DNA of 64,000 nucleotides, taken from positions 24,656,299 to 24,720,298 of the forward strand of contig NC_134025.1 in assembly GCF_964204645.1 (NCBI RefSeq), in the 5' to 3' direction. The DNA is from Tubulanus polymorphus (Eukaryota; Animalia; Nemertea). How positions within the stretch are numbered: the stretch's first letter is position 1; each line of letters starts with the position of its first letter. The position numbers were made by a program, and so were the translations under genes. The notes below the pieces were generated by a model. That model was not told the DNA's origin. It saw only the letters and a program-made list of their open reading frames with translations, and did no database searches. Shown here piece by piece: positions 24,601 through 38,851 of the stretch.

Positions 24601-27600
24601 TACAGAATACCACTTTCATTTTTAACCCTTCTCGAACGTAAACTTATTGAACCCTTCTCGAGCGTAAATTTATGGCCAGACGTTTCATAAAACCAGAGGT
24701 ATGATATAGAGTCTTCGAGGTGAATGTCTGGCGTTGTCACATTGACAGAAATCGGTCCAATACATAAACTATTGGTAAAGGTTGGGAAATAAGCAAGCAT
24801 GAACTTTCTTCACGATCATGATCAGTATGAACCAAGTATATGGCTATCATTATTTTCTTTGGATATAAGCCGAACCGATCATAGGAAGCGCAAGAGGTTT
24901 TCCATGATCAACCGGAATGATGAACCCCTTTTCGAGTGGATCTAACGGACGGTACGGCGGGTTAACGCAGAAAATTAATTCCGATTTAAATAGCTAATGA
25001 TGGCCACGTGGTAATCAGTTGTCGCTAGAATAATGCCGCATTTGCATCGGGGAATTGGTTTTTCAGGCCGGTTTTAAGAAAGGGAACTATACCTGCAATT
25101 ATTGATAGCGTTTGCACTTATGATTGAAGAGTTATGCCGATATTTGGGCGGACGCTGGAGGCAGAGCGTGTCGGCGTATACCATATATATCCAGGGATTC
25201 GTACAGCTATTGAGGCTCGCCAGAAGCATGACAATTGCCATGCCCGGCTCTGCAGGGAGTCGGAAAGAAAGAGAACGACATAAGACAACGATTATACCAC
25301 AATGCGTTATCAATAAATCAAACCACCAAAGATCATTTTCGCATTGCGCGCATATACACAAGCAAATTAACCCACTAAAAAACCGCACAAAGATCAGTAG
25401 ACATACGGTATTATTCACAATATTCAAAAGAATTTAAGAGACAATGCTTAATGAGCTGGTTGAATTCTTCAAAATATATATCTTAATCTGTGTTGCAGTG
25501 GCTCTTATATTGCGTTATATTACGTTTTGCGTTGTAAATAAGATTAATAATTTAGTTTACACATATGTCTAAATTTTCTTGATTGGGTTTTACGGAGTTA
25601 AATCATGCGATTGACTACCGGGACATTTACACAGTTAGATATTCCTTTGCAAATAGCACTCTGGAAAGAGATATTTGATTGGAAAGAATAGAAAAAAGAT
25701 CTAGGGCAAAAATGAAAAGCGGTTCATTTGTGCTGCGCATTTATCAAATATCTAAATTTGTGTAAAGTATTCATGTATTCGTGGTGATGCCATTCATGCG
25801 TAGGAATACTTAAAAAATCACATAGAAATTATTCAAAAAGAAAGAAAATAAGGAAAAGATAAATCTATTGGCCACGCTGTAACATAATTTTCGATATAAA
25901 AATGAGTCTTGGAAGTTGTAAATGAGCGCTAAGTTGTAGATAGTATAAGTTGAATTATGGGAACATTTGCAATGAATTTGAAATGAATTCTTATCGATTT
26001 GAAGTGGCATTTATCAAAATTGAATATCATGGATTTTTCTATTTGTTCTGCTCAGCTGAAATGAAATCTAGCCGACATAGTCTTTAGAATCTAAACGTTG
26101 ATAACGTTTAGATTTACGGAACCTATTTTGAGAAGATCATTTGTATATGTATCAGTCTCACAAACCATCTTTTAATCCAGTTTATACAAGCATTCTTTAG
26201 TCAAACCACGGGAGTGTGTACTTAATGCCGTTAACGGTCCACGAGGACATCTTAATTCAAACCAAAGAATCTAATTTCCGTTTCTTATTGAATTAGAATA
26301 AAACCAAACAATCCGACGTGAATACAAATTCAGTTCCGTCAGATTTGAGTAAACGGTTTCATTGAATTTATGCAAATCGGATCAGTCTGGAAACGTATGG
26401 GCCCACAATGGCAAATCACTTGATATTCGATGAAGTCAACCACCTCATTCGTCAACAGTACGAATACGTTCGATTACGTTAGTATTCGAAATAATTCAAC
26501 GGTAGTCCTGGATAAATGTCAACGAAGGGATTTGTCCGATGGGATATGATACTACGAGAGCAAAATTTTCAATAGTTTCTATGACATATTTTCTAACTAG
26601 AACACAAGCAAGACATATCTTCGTATTCTATAGGACTGACCTAATGTTCTGCACCTTTCTAATAATAAATATCTACAGCCGGATAATGAAAAATATTAAG
26701 AGCCAATTTTGCCGGGGGACATGACTTCCGTGAACGTTAATTAATTAGTAAAGACATTGATGACATTTCCACACAGTGCGGTACGCGTGTATTATTAATG
26801 AGAAACCGATGCGTTTTATCGCAAAAGTTTCGGATCATGAAGAAAATAGTCAGGATAATAAAGAAGATGACGTGCACCATGTTTTATTTACTAAGTTCGG
26901 ATAGATTTTTGAGAAAAAATTATGCTCATAAATATTTTTGAAAGATAACCTATTAGGAATATGATATATGTTTACACTAGCCATTTCGAGAGGTGGACTG
27001 TCTGGAATTCTGGACTGTTCTGTTTGTGGCGATAGACGAGTTTTTGGTATGATGCAAAACTTACCGGTAAATGGGGCATTTTCATCCCACGCCGCCCAAA
27101 GCTGGCTGATGAAAAATGGACCCCAACAGACGAGGAAACAAATAATGACAGTCAATGTCAACTTGACAGTCTTGACCTTAGCATTCGACATGCTTCTAGA
27201 ATGTGCTCTCGGATTAGAGGCGTCGTTGCGTCGTCTAAGGAGTCTTTCCTCGCACTGGCCGCTGTAACTACGGGACATCTGCGACTGTATCGAAACCGGT
27301 GTCGGTGGCACGACTTCACGTTTGCCCATGCTATTCCACACAATTAAACAAATTCGTCCGTACGTGAACACTAATATGATAAATGGTATAAAATACACGG
27401 CAAACGAAAACGACGTTATGTACAAAGGAATTGTCCACTCGGGATCGAAATGCGCCCAACAGTCGTAGACACCGTTGCCGACATCCGTAAGGCTGAAAAT
27501 AAAGACTTGTGGTAACGAAAACAGCAACGCCAAACCCCAGGCGATACCGATCATAATCGTGACCATGAGGTTGGTACGGAAACTTGTCCACGTGTGAGTT

Positions 27601-28049
27601 GTAAGTGGATAACAGATGGCCAAATAGCGATCGATGGCAGTCATCACCAATACGTAAGATGAAGCGTAGATGGCAACCAGTTGTACGTACTTGACAAATT
27701 TACAAAACGCGTTATTGCCCTGAAACCTGTAGGTGATATCCCAACACATTTGCGGGAGTACGTTGAAGAACGCGACGAATAAATCGGCGAAACTCAGGTG
27801 GGCAATAAACAAATGCATTCGGCTGAATTTCTTTTTTCTCAAAAACAGCACGATCAACACGATACTGTTTCCCACAACGGCCAGGAAAAAGATGACCGCC
27901 TGCACAGCGATTTCTAAATTCGCCAGAAACTGCGATCGTGGGATCGGGTCTGTGCCGTTGGCACTGTTGTTCGTGTATTCCGTAGTTGATCTGAAAATGC
28001 CAGGTGCAGACGTATGCTGTTCCGGTAACCTTGCGCTAGTGTCAGTCAT
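21619..28049 (-). CDS. Vasopressin/oxytocin-family neuropeptide GPCR (conopressin/cephalotocin receptor-like), isoform using the distal last exon
   Basis: Exon 28049-27065 encodes TM1-TM6 (GN, LSFADLFVAFFNVLPQMCWDITYRFQG, DRY, DCWAHF, CWGPFF) and ends in a phase-1 donor G|GTAAGT. It joins in frame to 21944-21619 (acceptor TTTCTAG; GNTMTILVLLASLNSCTNPWIYLAF..SSVV*). Confidence 0.92.
22347..23534. mobile_element. 1.2 kb fold-back element: long inverted arms of ~30 bp GGCGCCCCCGCCAAAACG tandem units
   Basis: Exact TIR TATGGTGGCTGATAAGGGCCATAGCGTAAAATTCCTGGTATGTAAATGAGGGCGCC..., flanked on both sides by GTATCG (22341-22346, 23535-23540). AT-rich spacer at ~22815-22935. Confidence 0.9.
25074..25249 (-). 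CDS. Alternative (proximal) TM7/C-tail last exon of the same GPCR
   Basis: Polypyrimidine tract and acceptor TTCTCTTTCTTTCCGACTCCCTGCAG. The phase-1 join gives EPGMAIVMLLASLNSCTNPWIYMVYADTLCLQRPPKYRHNSSIISANAINNCRYSSLS*. Confidence 0.8.
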
Positions 28050-28330
28050 TTTCTAATTAGTTGAAAGGACTGGAAAAACTAAATCCGAAAGTAAATGAAT
28101 CGGCGTGCAGATACGAACTACGAGCCGACAATTCGAATTAGACTCATTGCGTATTCAGATCGGCTTCGAGAGTTCTCTAGGCTGCTCATTCACAGCAACT
28201 ACTGGTATCAACCTTGTACGTAAGTGAGTATGTGCAAAGTCTTCATCTTCGGAAAGTCTTCGTCTCTTTCGGCGCGTTTGCGTCTTACGCTTCGAATCTC
28301 GTATCCGTCGTGTGTGTTGAGCGTGGGAAT

Positions 28331-28350
28331 CTGCAAGTAGAAAACAAGAC
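28331..28350 (-). other. Probable splice acceptor in the GPCR 5' UTR, implying upstream non-coding exon(s)
   Basis: Minus strand GTCTTGTTTTCTACTTGCAG, about 280 nt upstream of the ATG. Confidence 0.45.
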
Positions 28351-31300
28351 ATCAGGTTCACATGTTGGGGGAATTAGGAAAACATCGTGTCAATTGGATT
28401 TGAGGATTCGACGTGCAGTAATTGCATCCGTCGATTTCCGGTCGCTGGTCAGCTGACATTTTTGCTCAACTGCTGGTGAAGAAATTCAATCTTTGCCGAT
28501 GGAATAGAGTTGCCTGACGCTGTCAAGATGTTCCCGATGTAAATGCCCTCTCGTGAAACTCCGTTGTGCTTTTTCAAAGCCATCTGATATGCCAAAAAAA
28601 AACTAAACGGGAGAGGCTGCCTTTCGATTCTATAAGCGACAGATGTATTAGTTTTCCGAGACAGCTTAGAAATTGGATGGTATAATGTACGTTGGGCAAA
28701 ATAAGTCCAATGCGAATTCCATGTCAAAAAACGTTTACGTTAAATGGTTTTTTATGACCCTCAACGGGTGTTAGAGTATATTCCTCAGATGCCGATTATA
28801 CCACAAATCACGCGAAAAAGAAAAAAATAGATAACAGAAAAGATTTTGTATCAACTATGACATCTGAGACTTTTGAAAGATCAGAAATGCTAAGCTTGCA
28901 CTAGGCGTAAATTTGTATCAAAGATTTGTTTTATCATTACCAGTATCATTATTGTTCATAATTCACCAATTAGATAACATGATAAAGCACTACATTCGTA
29001 AAAGCACTACAAATAACTTTTTTTTACAGAATTCAGATATTCCCTCGTTGAACATAATTTCCAGATACCGCAAGATAAAAAAAAACACCGTTACGTGCAG
29101 TGGTAACGCGAGTCAATGTGAGCCAATCAAGTTCTCGTTTCCAATTACGTAGGCTATTTCGTGAGATAAAGGAAATGCCTGTTATCTTTCTTCCATTACA
29201 AATCTGATATCATCCAAGTTTTCGTCAAGAAAGTTTCTGTAATACGAGATACACTTAAAAAGAACTGCGCGCGTGCTTTCGTGCTAAGGAAGAAAAATGC
29301 CTTAAAGTTCAAAAGAAGCAAACAAAAAGATTGCCGTCCATTGGTTTGGGATTTTGTTCATCATTCTATTCTATCTTGTTTCTTAAAGAAAAAGATTAAA
29401 AATCGAGTTATTTCATTTTATATATATTCATAGAATACTAAATTCGTTCGAACTATAGACCCCGAATGTTCCGAGTCTTAAAAATGGAACAGAAATTTCG
29501 TGTCAGTTTCTTGTTTCTTGGTTCATTAAGGTTCCTTGAAATGGGTAAAGAATACGCATCTACCACATCGACTCTCACGCTTTAAGATGCAGCCGTTATT
29601 TTTCTGCTCGTCGTCGCGTCAAGTATAATATAATTCCGACCAACTTCGCAATCAGGCAACTCGAATGAATCAAGCAGCCAATAAAAAGTAATTGGATTTC
29701 ATTGAAACGCCGATGTGGTAATCACCTGTTCAATCCTCTACCAGACATTGAGATGAAATGGGCATACTGTAGACACGAGTCGTATGCATTAAAGTTGATA
29801 GTTAATAAATGTATAGTTAATGAACTATTGTGAAATATTAGATTCATCAACGGCAATTAACTATATAGAATGCCAAATTCAACTTGATTTCCATATTTAA
29901 GCAGTGAACTGAGATATTTTGAAAAAAAACATCACTGGCTGTACATCAAGAGTCCAGCTAACAAACGGGAAGTTTTGAAGACGCTTCAATCGATTGTCTT
30001 GATATACTCAAGGTTAGAAGTTTTCGGGGGAAATTTTGATGACACTTGGATCAATTATCTTGTCGCTTCATAAGTAGACGTAACCCGCAAAGGCCCATTG
30101 TCTTGGCCCAAAAATTTAATTTTGGCCTGAATTCCTAAAAGGTGCGATGAGGATATCAAGAGGTTTTAACTTTTACGATGTATTGTTTATTCATTTTGGT
30201 ACCTATGCATAGTTTGCAACCACAATGAAAATGGTAGATCGTGACATGTTCTGTGGTTGGTTTCGAGGTCATTGGTTTTTGATGTTCACCAGAAGGCGTC
30301 ACGATAGTGGAATAACATGGTATTTCCATATATATTGGTGCCCATGCATATTTCATAACCACAATCGAGCGAAAAATTCTTAGGACATTTTCTATGATTG
30401 ATTTGAGTTTCAAGGTCATTAATTACTGTATATGTTCACTAGGGGGCGTTTAATATTGAAATGATCAGATTGTCAAGCATTTCGCCACGTGAGCATGGTG
30501 TCCCTTGAGCCCTAGTTTCTCTAATAAAGCGCTTTTATATTTCATGCACCAATAGGTTTTTATAATCCAATGAAAAAGACCAACAGAATTAATAATAAAG
30601 ATAGATTAGCAAACATTTCAGACCGTAAATGATGATATTTCCCCTTCATCTGTCATCAAAAACAATTGCAACTTCAGGAATAAAACAATGACAATAAAGC
30701 CAAAATGTCTGTGTTTCTCAGGCTCCACAATGCTACCGCCCGTGGGATCCATTAGTTGCCACACTGTAAGTGTTTACACGACCGGCTTATGTATGATCTG
30801 ATAATCTGGTGGTAAGTATTTTCACGGGGAAATACATTAACTGTCGCACTAACGCGGTGGCTCTCCCGCGGTCGGATGGCACTGGAGACTTGGGTAAATA
30901 TAACACCCGCCCGTCTGTAATCATCGAATACCGCCATTCGTGACTGCTGAAACGTGCACCAATTTGGAAGAAATCACGTTTAGTAACCGAAGAATAACGC
31001 GCACCTGTCGCACGAAGTTGTGTGTCTCGATAGCACAGCATTTTTACCCACACGCCAATCCTATCATCCGAGATATAAGCGCCGAATCGGCAAAGGTGTT
31101 CATATTAGTGTTATCAAAAGTGTTTATGAAATACGAAATGTAACCAGATAACGATATCTAAATACGTATCTTTTATACACGAATCTCTTAGAAATTATGA
31201 AACGTAGCTGTTTATTACATTATTAATTATTCAAACTCGGGTCTGTCTGTCTGTCTGTCGGACGGTTGCCCATGGCGTAATGCGTTATCGGAGACCTCTG

Positions 31301-34300
31301 AAGGTGCCAGAGGTGAAACCTGCAATTAGGCAGTATCGGTTCCCGGTAAACCACTTACCCGATTCCGAAGATGATAAAACACTTTGCTTGTTGAAGTCTC
31401 GTGTATTAATATAAGTAATTCGGGTTTTCTGCCATGATGAAACTGGAAGGTGCGCGAGTTAGCCTACCTCCCCAGATGAAGCACTGAGAACATTTATACA
31501 ATATACATATACATACCTATCATGATTGGAACAATTTCCACGCGAATAAAATGAAAGCTGCACAAATTATCAAAATTAACTTTACGGCCTAGACGCTGTA
31601 TGAAATGTCTGCGAAGGCATCGTCGATTTTCGATCAAGATAAACAATGCAATTACGAAAAGCATGGTGTGATAAACGAGGATAGTTTAAACTCATCGATA
31701 GATCGACGCGAAAAACAGGCCGAAGGCGGTGGTTCAACTCAAAAACCATATCGGCACAAAGTCGTTTATTAAAGCAATTAAGCGACTATTTATCAGGTAA
31801 TAAGATACTGCAAATGACAACCTTGTACCTTCTTCGCCAGGTTTATGCGCGCTTTGCGGCATAAATCATTTTGTTTGTAGCTTGTTAAGCGTTATTAGAA
31901 AATGCAAACGAGTAAATTATCCGCTCGAAGATCTCCGCAGATAATTCTACCCGCACGACAACAACGTCGCAAAGAAAAACCGACGAAAATCTCGAGGTTT
32001 CCAACGACAACGTAAATTAGGCGTCTGTTTGTTTATGATGGAATAATGTGCACTGTGATGATTTCTCTGTAATTCAAACGTTGTAATATTTTTTATGTGT
32101 CCAATTGTATGTGTTTGTACGAGATCAGGGAACAACACGAACACCATTAAATACACGATCCATGACAGGAATCTCGTCTGAGAAAAGATAGAAATTTTAT
32201 AACATGAAAATCGCAGAAATTTTTCACGAAACCTACGGAAAATCTGAAAATATAGCGCGTACTGACACATTTGTAGGCGTCGTATCAAATTTTTGATGAT
32301 TTCCGTTAAAGATGGAGGTATATGCTGTTATATGCTAATGCACCTAGTATATTTTCATTACGGCGCGTATAAAGAAGGCAACGCAATATATTCATCACGA
32401 TGCACGGCCCACCCAGAGAACACGGCAAAAAGCTATCGTTATTTTATGGGGACCCTATTAATAGCACGATAATCATTGAATGGTCCGTACCTTGTTTAGA
32501 TGTTCACCACACGGACTCGATGTCAGCTTTACGATTTGACATCATAGCTTCGATGGTCATACATAACGTTAATTATCAGCGTACCTCCTGTGGGATTAGT
32601 CTCATGTAGATACATCGTAATTATACGTGGTGCGCTTGTAAACGGCCTGACATTTTGAGAGACATAGATATATAAATCTAGTCCATCCCTATATTCCAAA
32701 TCCCCTGCGGCCGAAAGGCCTGGCAGGTAATTTCTCGTGTTCACCTTACTTGGCCAATAATGAGGGCCAATAAATAATGAGGGATGGTCATTAAAATCTC
32801 CAGTAGTCCAAAATGAAAATTGTGTGCAAGAAAAGAAGAAAAGAAACAAAACATTAACTTCAACTTGCAACAAATTGAAATAAATAGTCATGAATTATTT
32901 CAACTTTCTTCTTAAGTTAAAGGCAATGGAGGCTTTTTATCGTGTTTGATCTGTTTGAAATAAGAATATCCAAGTCGCCGGGGGATTGGAATGCTTTCCA
33001 TCTTCGGTCGCACTTGCTGGGCTTGTAAAACACGATGTGTTACTCGCCCGTATTATTTGAATTTCTGCGATAAGCTGTTATTTACTTTGCTGCAATGCTT
33101 GCTCAAATAATTGTTATCTTTATTATTCACAGCCCTACAGCCTGTAAACCGCCTCACCAGCCGAAATAACTCTTGCAAATTTACGTGTTTCGAAATTTTC
33201 AATATCATTTATGAATCGCTGACGGCTAGACACGGCAATATTGAACCGGCATATTGAGTTACCGAGACCCATCGTGAAAGATGCGGTGATTTCTACTTTT
33301 TCCAATCCGGGGACAGTTTCAATATGATTTGAATTTAATTCGTCACGGTAATAGTATTCAGACAGTCGTAACAATTTTCATTCGTGATTTTACGATGCGC
33401 AACCCTCGGAAGACGATGATTTTCATTGATCGCGAAACTCAACTTGTCACGTCTCGGAGGATTTCTAGTTCTTTCATCCGCGGAACACCAGCATCGCACA
33501 TATCCCTGATAATTGTGGCATAAATCTTTCGTTTTTGAAGACCCGAAAAGCCGGGGATATAAGAAGAAATTCTTTTGAAAAAATAATGAACAAATGTGGC
33601 GCGAATTTTCCGCGAAGATTTCCTTTCTATATCGAACGGAGTACGACACAGCAGAACGGCACTTCTCTCATCAAAGGTGTACCGCGGAAATTCGCATAAA
33701 TGAAGCAGTAGTTTGGATTCTTATTGAAGGAGAAAAACAGAACTATCGACGTCACTTGCTTGCCGGTGCCCGTGGCCTGTATCTGGTAAACAGTTTTCTA
33801 AGATGAACGGAGCCAAACTTGAATTCATGAATCTTTCATGAAACTATTATCTCACTGTCGCCTGTGACGATGGTTCTACTAGCTCGGCATGCTAAGTGCT
33901 TGTCTTTTTTTAATTAGCGACGACACTCCCGATGTAGCTGCACGGTCAAACCCTGTTAATGGGCGAGGTCAAATAAGGTAATACAAATGACAATATTAGC
34001 TCTATCGTTGGCTCATCAGTTCGAAACGTATGTTCGAGACTTCACTGCAATCTTGGAAAAAATTCCCGTGCGTTTTTACGAAACCATATCACTACAGTAG
34101 TTATTAATGACCCCGAGGCATGTGCGGAAATGAACAACCGACAAAAAGGATCGGTGCTAACTGATTTATCGACAAACTCAACTTCAAATACCGAACGGTC
34201 AAGCGAATTCAGCAATTGATGACTTCGTATTAGATGTGTGCGAATTAATCAAGACGAAACTGTACAACATCATTGCTGTACATCAATCAATTTGTCGCCA

Positions 34301-37300
34301 GGCCCATTGAGAATTCAGTTGTTTGAGATTGCATTGTCGTCGATATTGCAAAAAATCTTCCCTGCACTAATTATTCCAATCTCTTCTGCCGCTATGCAGG
34401 TACAAACATTCTACTCTATTTCAAATCTGTAAATAAAATCTCAACCAACTAGAAATTCCTTTAAATGACTTGCACTTATATGCAAGTATTTAATAACACA
34501 GGGCCAATTGCTCGAAAATTAACCATAAGTACAGCGGTTACATTATAGTCTTATTGTCATCATGTCAGCAGATTAATCTTAACCGACTTCTGATCAAACG
34601 GCTACGGAATTCGATATCATGAACCTTTTTTTCGTTACTCTAATTTAATCAATGATATCTTATTGATTTGGTTAGCTAAAATGGTTACTTCACCCAGACA
34701 TTAAGTCATGGCGGATGATATAGCCGTGAACGCTAATGCTGTAATCTGAATGCAAACCCCACCCCATACGAGATATAGAGGAAATTAACGATATAGTTTG
34801 TTGGTTCACTTCATACCCGATCGCAATGACAAGGTAGGTCAGTAAGATAAAGCGTGATGCTGTTGATGCAGTCCTTCTGGCTGCTTACAGTTTGCGGGTA
34901 ACACTTCAAAGGCCGTCCGGTTGTGAGGTTAAATGAATAATCCAACAAGGTTTAGTCTCGGGACACCATGATCTGCACGACGTACAGCAAGATAAAAAAT
35001 AAACACACAAAAGGAAACAAAAAAGGTAAATGAATAATATGCTCGATGTGAATGAAAACATGTGAAATTCCCATACTGATGACGCTGGAAGAACCAATCA
35101 ACAACGAACAGTAGTGTCAGTAACAATCACGTATATGTCTGAGATATCCGCATTCACCAACGAAGCCATGCATAAATGCAACTCCAACCGACTCAGCTTC
35201 ATATTTCTAGCAACAAAGCTGAATATGCCATCTTGACCTTATGCTAAAGACATAGACAAATCGTTGAATATAAGCGACAGGTGTGGTCTTATCAGACAGT
35301 GAAATTGATAAGTTTTATGTTTTCAATATCTTCTATATCATCGAGCTATTACTCGAGTTACAATGGTGACGACAATTACGCGTTCCTTACAGGCATAACA
35401 GCGGAAATTCGATAATTTGTAAAAAATAATTAAAACCCTTACAATTCCAAAAATGAGTGAGCTCAATGCATCTGCTTGCTACAGCTTGCTACTACACCTA
35501 CGTGGTTAACGTCTCCTTGCGAATGCGTGCAGTAACTGAAAATAACGTACGTATCCGCGAATCTAATTCATAAAAGAGATTAAACTCCATAGGAATTCAG
35601 GCAAATATATATCGAAATCGCAAAGTAAATGAAGTAGATTATTTATGTAAATTGACATAGATGGTGCACTTGATCACACGTATCAATCAAGTGATCAAAG
35701 ATCAGCATGGACGAACATTCATTGTCGATTGTGCGTATTTTGCGATATGAGCAACTCTAATTTCTATTTGGAATGAACTCTATCAGAGTGATTAGGGGCT
35801 ATAGTGAGTGTTAGCCGAGGACTTTACCACTGACGACAATAGAATTTCCAGATAACAAACCTCGATAACTGCACACGGATGATGGTGACCCTCAAAGCGA
35901 TGAAAAGATAAAGTAGATTTGGTCGACAAGAAATAGGCATCACCGTCTCCAATGACACGGATTCAACCAAACGCTCCCAAGATTTTTTTGAATCAGGTGG
36001 TCGAACGAACCCCCTAACATTTTCGAAGTTCCTTTCAAAATGTCAGTGTCAAAACATTCGGATTTTCATGTTTTTTTTTCTCGTAAAAGTGTTCAATTAC
36101 TGGTTGATATGTAATTGTTGAATATTGGAGATAAATATGGATTTAACGTCATAAAAATTATAAACGTTGTGCAACTTAAGGTTATCGAAAAAATATTTAT
36201 ATTTAATTTAAGATCTGTCCTTTAATGAAGTGAAATTTTTCTTGAAACAATTTTTCTTGAAACAACTGCCCCTCAAAACGAAGGCACAGGCCAGGCGTAT
36301 AGTTTGATATCCCCCCCCCCCCCCCGATAACTTAACTAAACTAATATCATTGGTTTCGGGATTGATGGCCTGTTGCGCATCTTCCAAATTGACCCCAGAG
36401 TCTCGTTGATTGGAAAAAAAAATTTCAACCATAAACATGTGCATTAATTGCCAAAATCAAAACCTTGAGCCACAATATTTGTCGTTTATTCCCACGATGC
36501 AGTGGTCAAACAGTGCGCATCTTTGCCATTTCATCTAACGATTCGATAATGATCTTCACGTGAAATTTCTTTCTCGCCGTCGGGGGTACAATATTACATA
36601 CACCTGAGCCTCGTAGTGACGTACATCGGCTCAAATAGAGGCTGGGTATTGTGCCAATTTACTATGAATTATTTTTCGTCTGAGGGAAGAAAAGATACCG
36701 CACCTTTATTTCGTATGAACGAAGGGACATTGTCAGCACCTCGGTCGTAAAGCTATGCCCGTGGAGCTGATATCATACGGTTCAGATACCATCCATTTCT
36801 TACGCGAGACTTCATCCAGCGAATATTGGTCTGTTGTTTCCACAGCGCGAGACCGAAGCACGGAACTGTAATCCCAGCAGAAGTCACAAGATAACAAACA
36901 CCGTGAGACAAATAATATATCAGTAGTAGCTGCAAGCAGCCGGTATGACCGTGTCGATCCGTTTGACATTATACATGGTAAAAATTTTTTTACCCAGGTT
37001 CAGTTCATTGCTGACCTCAGTAGGTTCATTAGTTTGGTAGATAGTTATGGACAGACTTCTCTTGTTCATCAGTGCTAGCAAGTTTCTTCATTAGCCGAAA
37101 GAAGTAACATCGCCGCTTATTACAGATCGTTACTAATACAATGGCCGCACTTGCGAAATCGAACGATACCATCTAAGGAATAAAGAACATTAAAGGCCTT
37201 TTCGATCTTATTTCTACTGATATGAAAGATAGAATTTGTGAATACTATTCAAAATGCTATTCACACCATTTATGTTTTTCATCTTATACAATTTTCAAAG

Positions 37301-38761
37301 ATTTTCACATTTCACTTCATTAAAGTTGGAGTCAAAAAACCTCTCGTACCTATATTAAGTATGTATACAGAATCATTGATGCAAAACACCTGTACCGAAA
37401 CTGGCGCACTGTAATCATGAATATTTCATGACGTAACAAATATCATTACCGGCGGAATGAAAAGTGCTGCAGTCTTCACGTAGAAAAATTTGTGGAAATG
37501 TGTCACTTAGATTAATGAATATTGACAATACGCAATAATTCTACCATGAAATGACCCCCTCCATATAGGCTTGATTTAGCGGTTGGCTAAAATATATATT
37601 ACAAAGTCACTATTCTTTTGTCAAAAGGCAATGGTACTTGTGCGCGTCATCAGTGTTCCGGCCACGATATAGTTTATAATGGACGTTGTCATGAATAGCC
37701 CCCGCCCTGTCTGTGTCTGTGTTCCATTATAACACTGAGAATACAGATGCCGTGTCATCACCATCGTTGCAGCCAATTTCACGCCTGGATATGAAATTGA
37801 TGCCGACCACGAAGCCGTGTTGAATGAACTTCGGTCGTTGATAAACCGCCGATTTTCACCACTTTCATAAATGACGGTGAAATACCACAGGTGAAAATGT
37901 CGGATGAGAAAACACCATGTAGGAAAGATGCCGAATATAGAAGCCAGAAAGAACAATTTCAAAGGAATGATGTTGATTGATTATCCATTTCATCTAACAT
38001 CCAATTAAGAGAAATTTTAAATATTTACCGCTTTAGCTGACGTAAACAACTGTGTCTTAAATTCGATTTTGTTTTATTTTTCTAATTGCACTCAAAGGTC
38101 GTTAAGTTTGAATATAGGTGTGTCCAAATGGCATCTTTTAATTCACCCCATAATAATAACTAATTCAAATCAATGCGAATTATGCCGTCTGTGGGAAAGC
38201 ATGAGTACACAAGTAAAAGGGATTATTTTGTGTTAGTTAGTACGTGCACTAAAAGAAGTCGGGTCGACTTTTTGTTGTATAAGCGATTAGTCGTAAGTCA
38301 TAAGACAGACACTCCCGCACGTTGACTTCTTCCGCAAAATGACTGAGCAAATTGTTTTCTGTTTATGCAACCTCAGCTGTTGTGATGCTTCATTAAATAT
38401 CCTTATCTTCCTAAGACGGAAGAAAGTCTGCTGTGGTGTCTAAAAATACGATAAGGACTATGAGGTGTTATTTTAATTATGCTTGAAACAAGCATCAAAT
38501 CCTCGCATCGTGGCGCTTGTTCAAGAAACAATTTTCGACTTTTTTGATGCAATGATTTTACATTCAATTCGCAGATATTTTACAATATCAAAGTAGCCTA
38601 AATAGATGTTTGTCATTTAGGACAGAGCGCGTATAGTTGGGTTTTTCGTTTCCACGTGTAAGAATGTGTCACAAATTTCAAATGATACCACTGGGAAACA
38701 ACACCTTGCAGAAATACACATACTGGACAAATAAAACAGTCCACAAAGCGATAAAAGCCAT

Positions 38762-38851
38762 TAAAGTGAAACTGTAAGTTTCGGCTGTTGGCTAACATTC
38801 CATCTGATGATGTCTTTTAGTCAACAGCCGAAACGTTGTGGTTTCACTTAA
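38762..38851 (+). ncRNA. Degenerate minimal hammerhead ribozyme in a short palindrome (Penelope-like remnant)
   Basis: CTGATGA (38804) - decayed stem II - GAAACGTTG (38830), with an upstream inverted copy GTTTCGGCTGTTGGCTA. Confidence 0.5.
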
